Source: a virus (taxonomy: Duplodnaviria > Caudoviricetes). Taken from it: a stretch of 55,977 nucleotides of DNA. The notes below the pieces were generated by a model that saw only the letters and a program-made list of their open reading frames with translations, was not told where the DNA came from and made no database searches. Positions 54,502 through 55,977 of this stretch are shown in pieces. The stretch's first letter is position 1. The number at the start of each line of letters is the position of its first letter. The stretch lies in IMG/VR virus record IMGVR_UViG_3300021091_000089, positions 1-55,977 of that record. One strand, written 5' to 3'. Made by a program: the position numbers and the translations under genes.

Positions 54502-54764
54502 TGGCTAAGTACAGCATGAAAGTTAAGGGTAAAGAGATTGGCCCTGCTGAAATCTATGCGCCTCCGCACACGATGAAAGGCACGCCTACCACTGTGAAGA
54601 CATATCAGACCACAGAAAGCGGCCCTGAGATAGTCAAGAAAATGAATATGTCGGTGGGTAACATCAACCGGTTTGAGCCGCCTATCAATCCCTATGGGGT
54701 TGGTGAGATGCGTGGGTATGGTGCTGCTATTAAGGGCCGTAAGATCAGCGGGAAGATGGGATGA
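54501..54764 (+). CDS. Small basic protein
   Basis: 87 aa ending MRGYGAAIKGRKISGKMG. Confidence 0.7.
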   Translation: MAKYSMKVKGKEIGPAEIYAPPHTMKGTPTTVKTYQTTESGPEIVKKMNMSVGNINRFEPPINPYGVGEMRGYGAAIKGRKISGKMG

Positions 54765-55420
54765 ACTTAACGACGCTTCGCGCCACTATTCGGGCTTATG
54801 CTGAGAATGACTTCCCACAGACTGTGGGCAGTGGTGGTTTAACGTCTGACCAACAAGTTGATACCTTTATTCGTCAGGCTGAAGAGCGTATTTTTAATAG
54901 CGTTCAGTTTCCCAATTTTCGCAAGAACCAGACGGGCAACACGACAGCAGATAACAAGTATCTTGGGACGCCGGTAGACTTTTTGGCGCCCTATTCTCTG
55001 GCAGTTATTCTGCCCACTGGGGAGTACGAGTATCTGTTAAACAAGGATGTGAACTACATCAGAGCGGCTTTCCCAAGTCCAACATACAAAGCGGCGCCTA
55101 AGTACTACGCCATATTTGATGACAACACGTTTATCCTTGGGCCAACACCGAACCTGAACTATTCGATGGAGCTGCATTACTTCTATTACCCTGAGTCCAT
55201 TACGACTGCTAACACGACTTGGCTGGGCGATAACTTCGATATGACCCTACTCTACGGTGCGTTGTCTGAGGCTGCGGCATTTATGAAGGCTGAACAAGAT
55301 GTTATTGCCAACTACGCTAAACGGTACGAAGAGGCGATGATTCTGGCTAAGCGCATGGGTGATGGCATGGAGCGCAGGGACGCTTACAGGTCTGGTCAGG
55401 TCAGAATGACGGTGAACTAA
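54761..55420 (+). CDS. Second head-tail adaptor-like protein
   Basis: FIRQAEERI, P.DFL, PKYYA, LGPTP and LLYGAL.EA motifs. Confidence 0.72.
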   Translation: MNLTTLRATIRAYAENDFPQTVGSGGLTSDQQVDTFIRQAEERIFNSVQFPNFRKNQTGNTTADNKYLGTPVDFLAPYSLAVILPTGEYEYLLNKDVNYIRAAFPSPTYKAAPKYYAIFDDNTFILGPTPNLNYSMELHYFYYPESITTANTTWLGDNFDMTLLYGALSEAAAFMKAEQDVIANYAKRYEEAMILAKRMGDGMERRDAYRSGQVRMTVN

Positions 55421-55421
55421 A

Positions 55422-55853
55422 GTGTCATTTACAGGCAATTATGTTTGCAATTCCTTTCTTTCTGGCTCCTTTGACGGGGATTTTGATTTTGGCCCAGGCA
55501 CAGCAGATGTCTACAAGCTTGCTCTGTACACTAATGCGGCGACCCTAAATGCAGAAACGGCTGTCTACACCACCGATGGGGAAGTCGTTGCCTCTGGATA
55601 CACGGAAGGCGGTCCTGTTATTACCCCGACGAAAGGTATCGGGAACATATCGACTTCGGGCGGTACAGCCTTTGTCACCTTTGCCAACGTCACCGTGTCT
55701 GCTGCTTTCACGGCCCGTGGTGCGCTGATTTATAAGGTAGGTGGGGCAGCGATCTGCGTATTAGATTTTGGTGCCGATAGAACTTCAGTAGTGAGTTTTC
55801 AAGTGACCTTCCCCGCAGCCACCGTAACAGATGCGTTGATAAGGATCTCTTAA
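55422..55853 (+). CDS. Virion/tail structural protein
   Basis: KLALYT, EV...GYT.GG, TARGALIY and VLDFG motifs. Confidence 0.65.
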   Translation: MSFTGNYVCNSFLSGSFDGDFDFGPGTADVYKLALYTNAATLNAETAVYTTDGEVVASGYTEGGPVITPTKGIGNISTSGGTAFVTFANVTVSAAFTARGALIYKVGGAAICVLDFGADRTSVVSFQVTFPAATVTDALIRIS

Positions 55854-55977
55854 TGTTCACCTCCTTTCACTCAGACCCACCTACAGTAGTGATTGCGCCT
55901 ATTCCTCCTAAGGAAGAAATCTGGGTAGCCGCTGAAGAAATCGAGATGAAAGGCGAGCTAAACGCTGGTCTGGATGT
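55853..55977 (+). CDS. Hypothetical protein, 5' partial
   Basis: ATG overlaps the upstream TAA; frame stays open to the window end. Confidence 0.5.
   Translation, partial: MFTSFHSDPPTVVIAPIPPKEEIWVAAEEIEMKGELNAGLD

Overview
This window is about 56 kb of a tailed dsDNA phage genome (Caudoviricetes, podovirus-like gene set). It is cut inside the holin at the left end and inside a virion gene at the right end, so tail-fibre genes probably lie outside it. A freshwater betaproteobacterial host is only a guess from gene style. There are three blocks. (1) 1-17854 (+): lysis genes, tail closure protein and large internal/ejection proteins, ending in a 2721-aa LPD38-type polyvalent protein. (2) 17808-40532 (-): replication genes (primase/DUF927 helicase, SSB-like, SNF2 helicase, Cas4-like nuclease, PolA, VRR-NUC) and many early accessory genes (MoxR-like ATPase, vWA-metallopeptidase, DUF3150, M28 peptidase, HAD phosphatase). 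(3) 41020-55977 (+): terminase, portal, GroES, scaffold, capsid, a free-standing HNH gene, a cluster of small Lys/Gly-rich proteins and head-tail adaptors. I saw no integrase, tRNA or CRISPR array. The strongest unexplained signals are: a shared hydrophobic-x-x-Gly-Gly motif across internal virion proteins and small basic proteins (possible processing or packaging code); five 21-bp palindromes with perfect 9-bp arms, mostly at early-gene boundaries; a symmetric origin-like locus; a candidate double-pseudoknot leader RNA; and a synonymously recoded capsid 3' end next to the HNH gene. All family calls come from motif recognition by eye, not from database searches.
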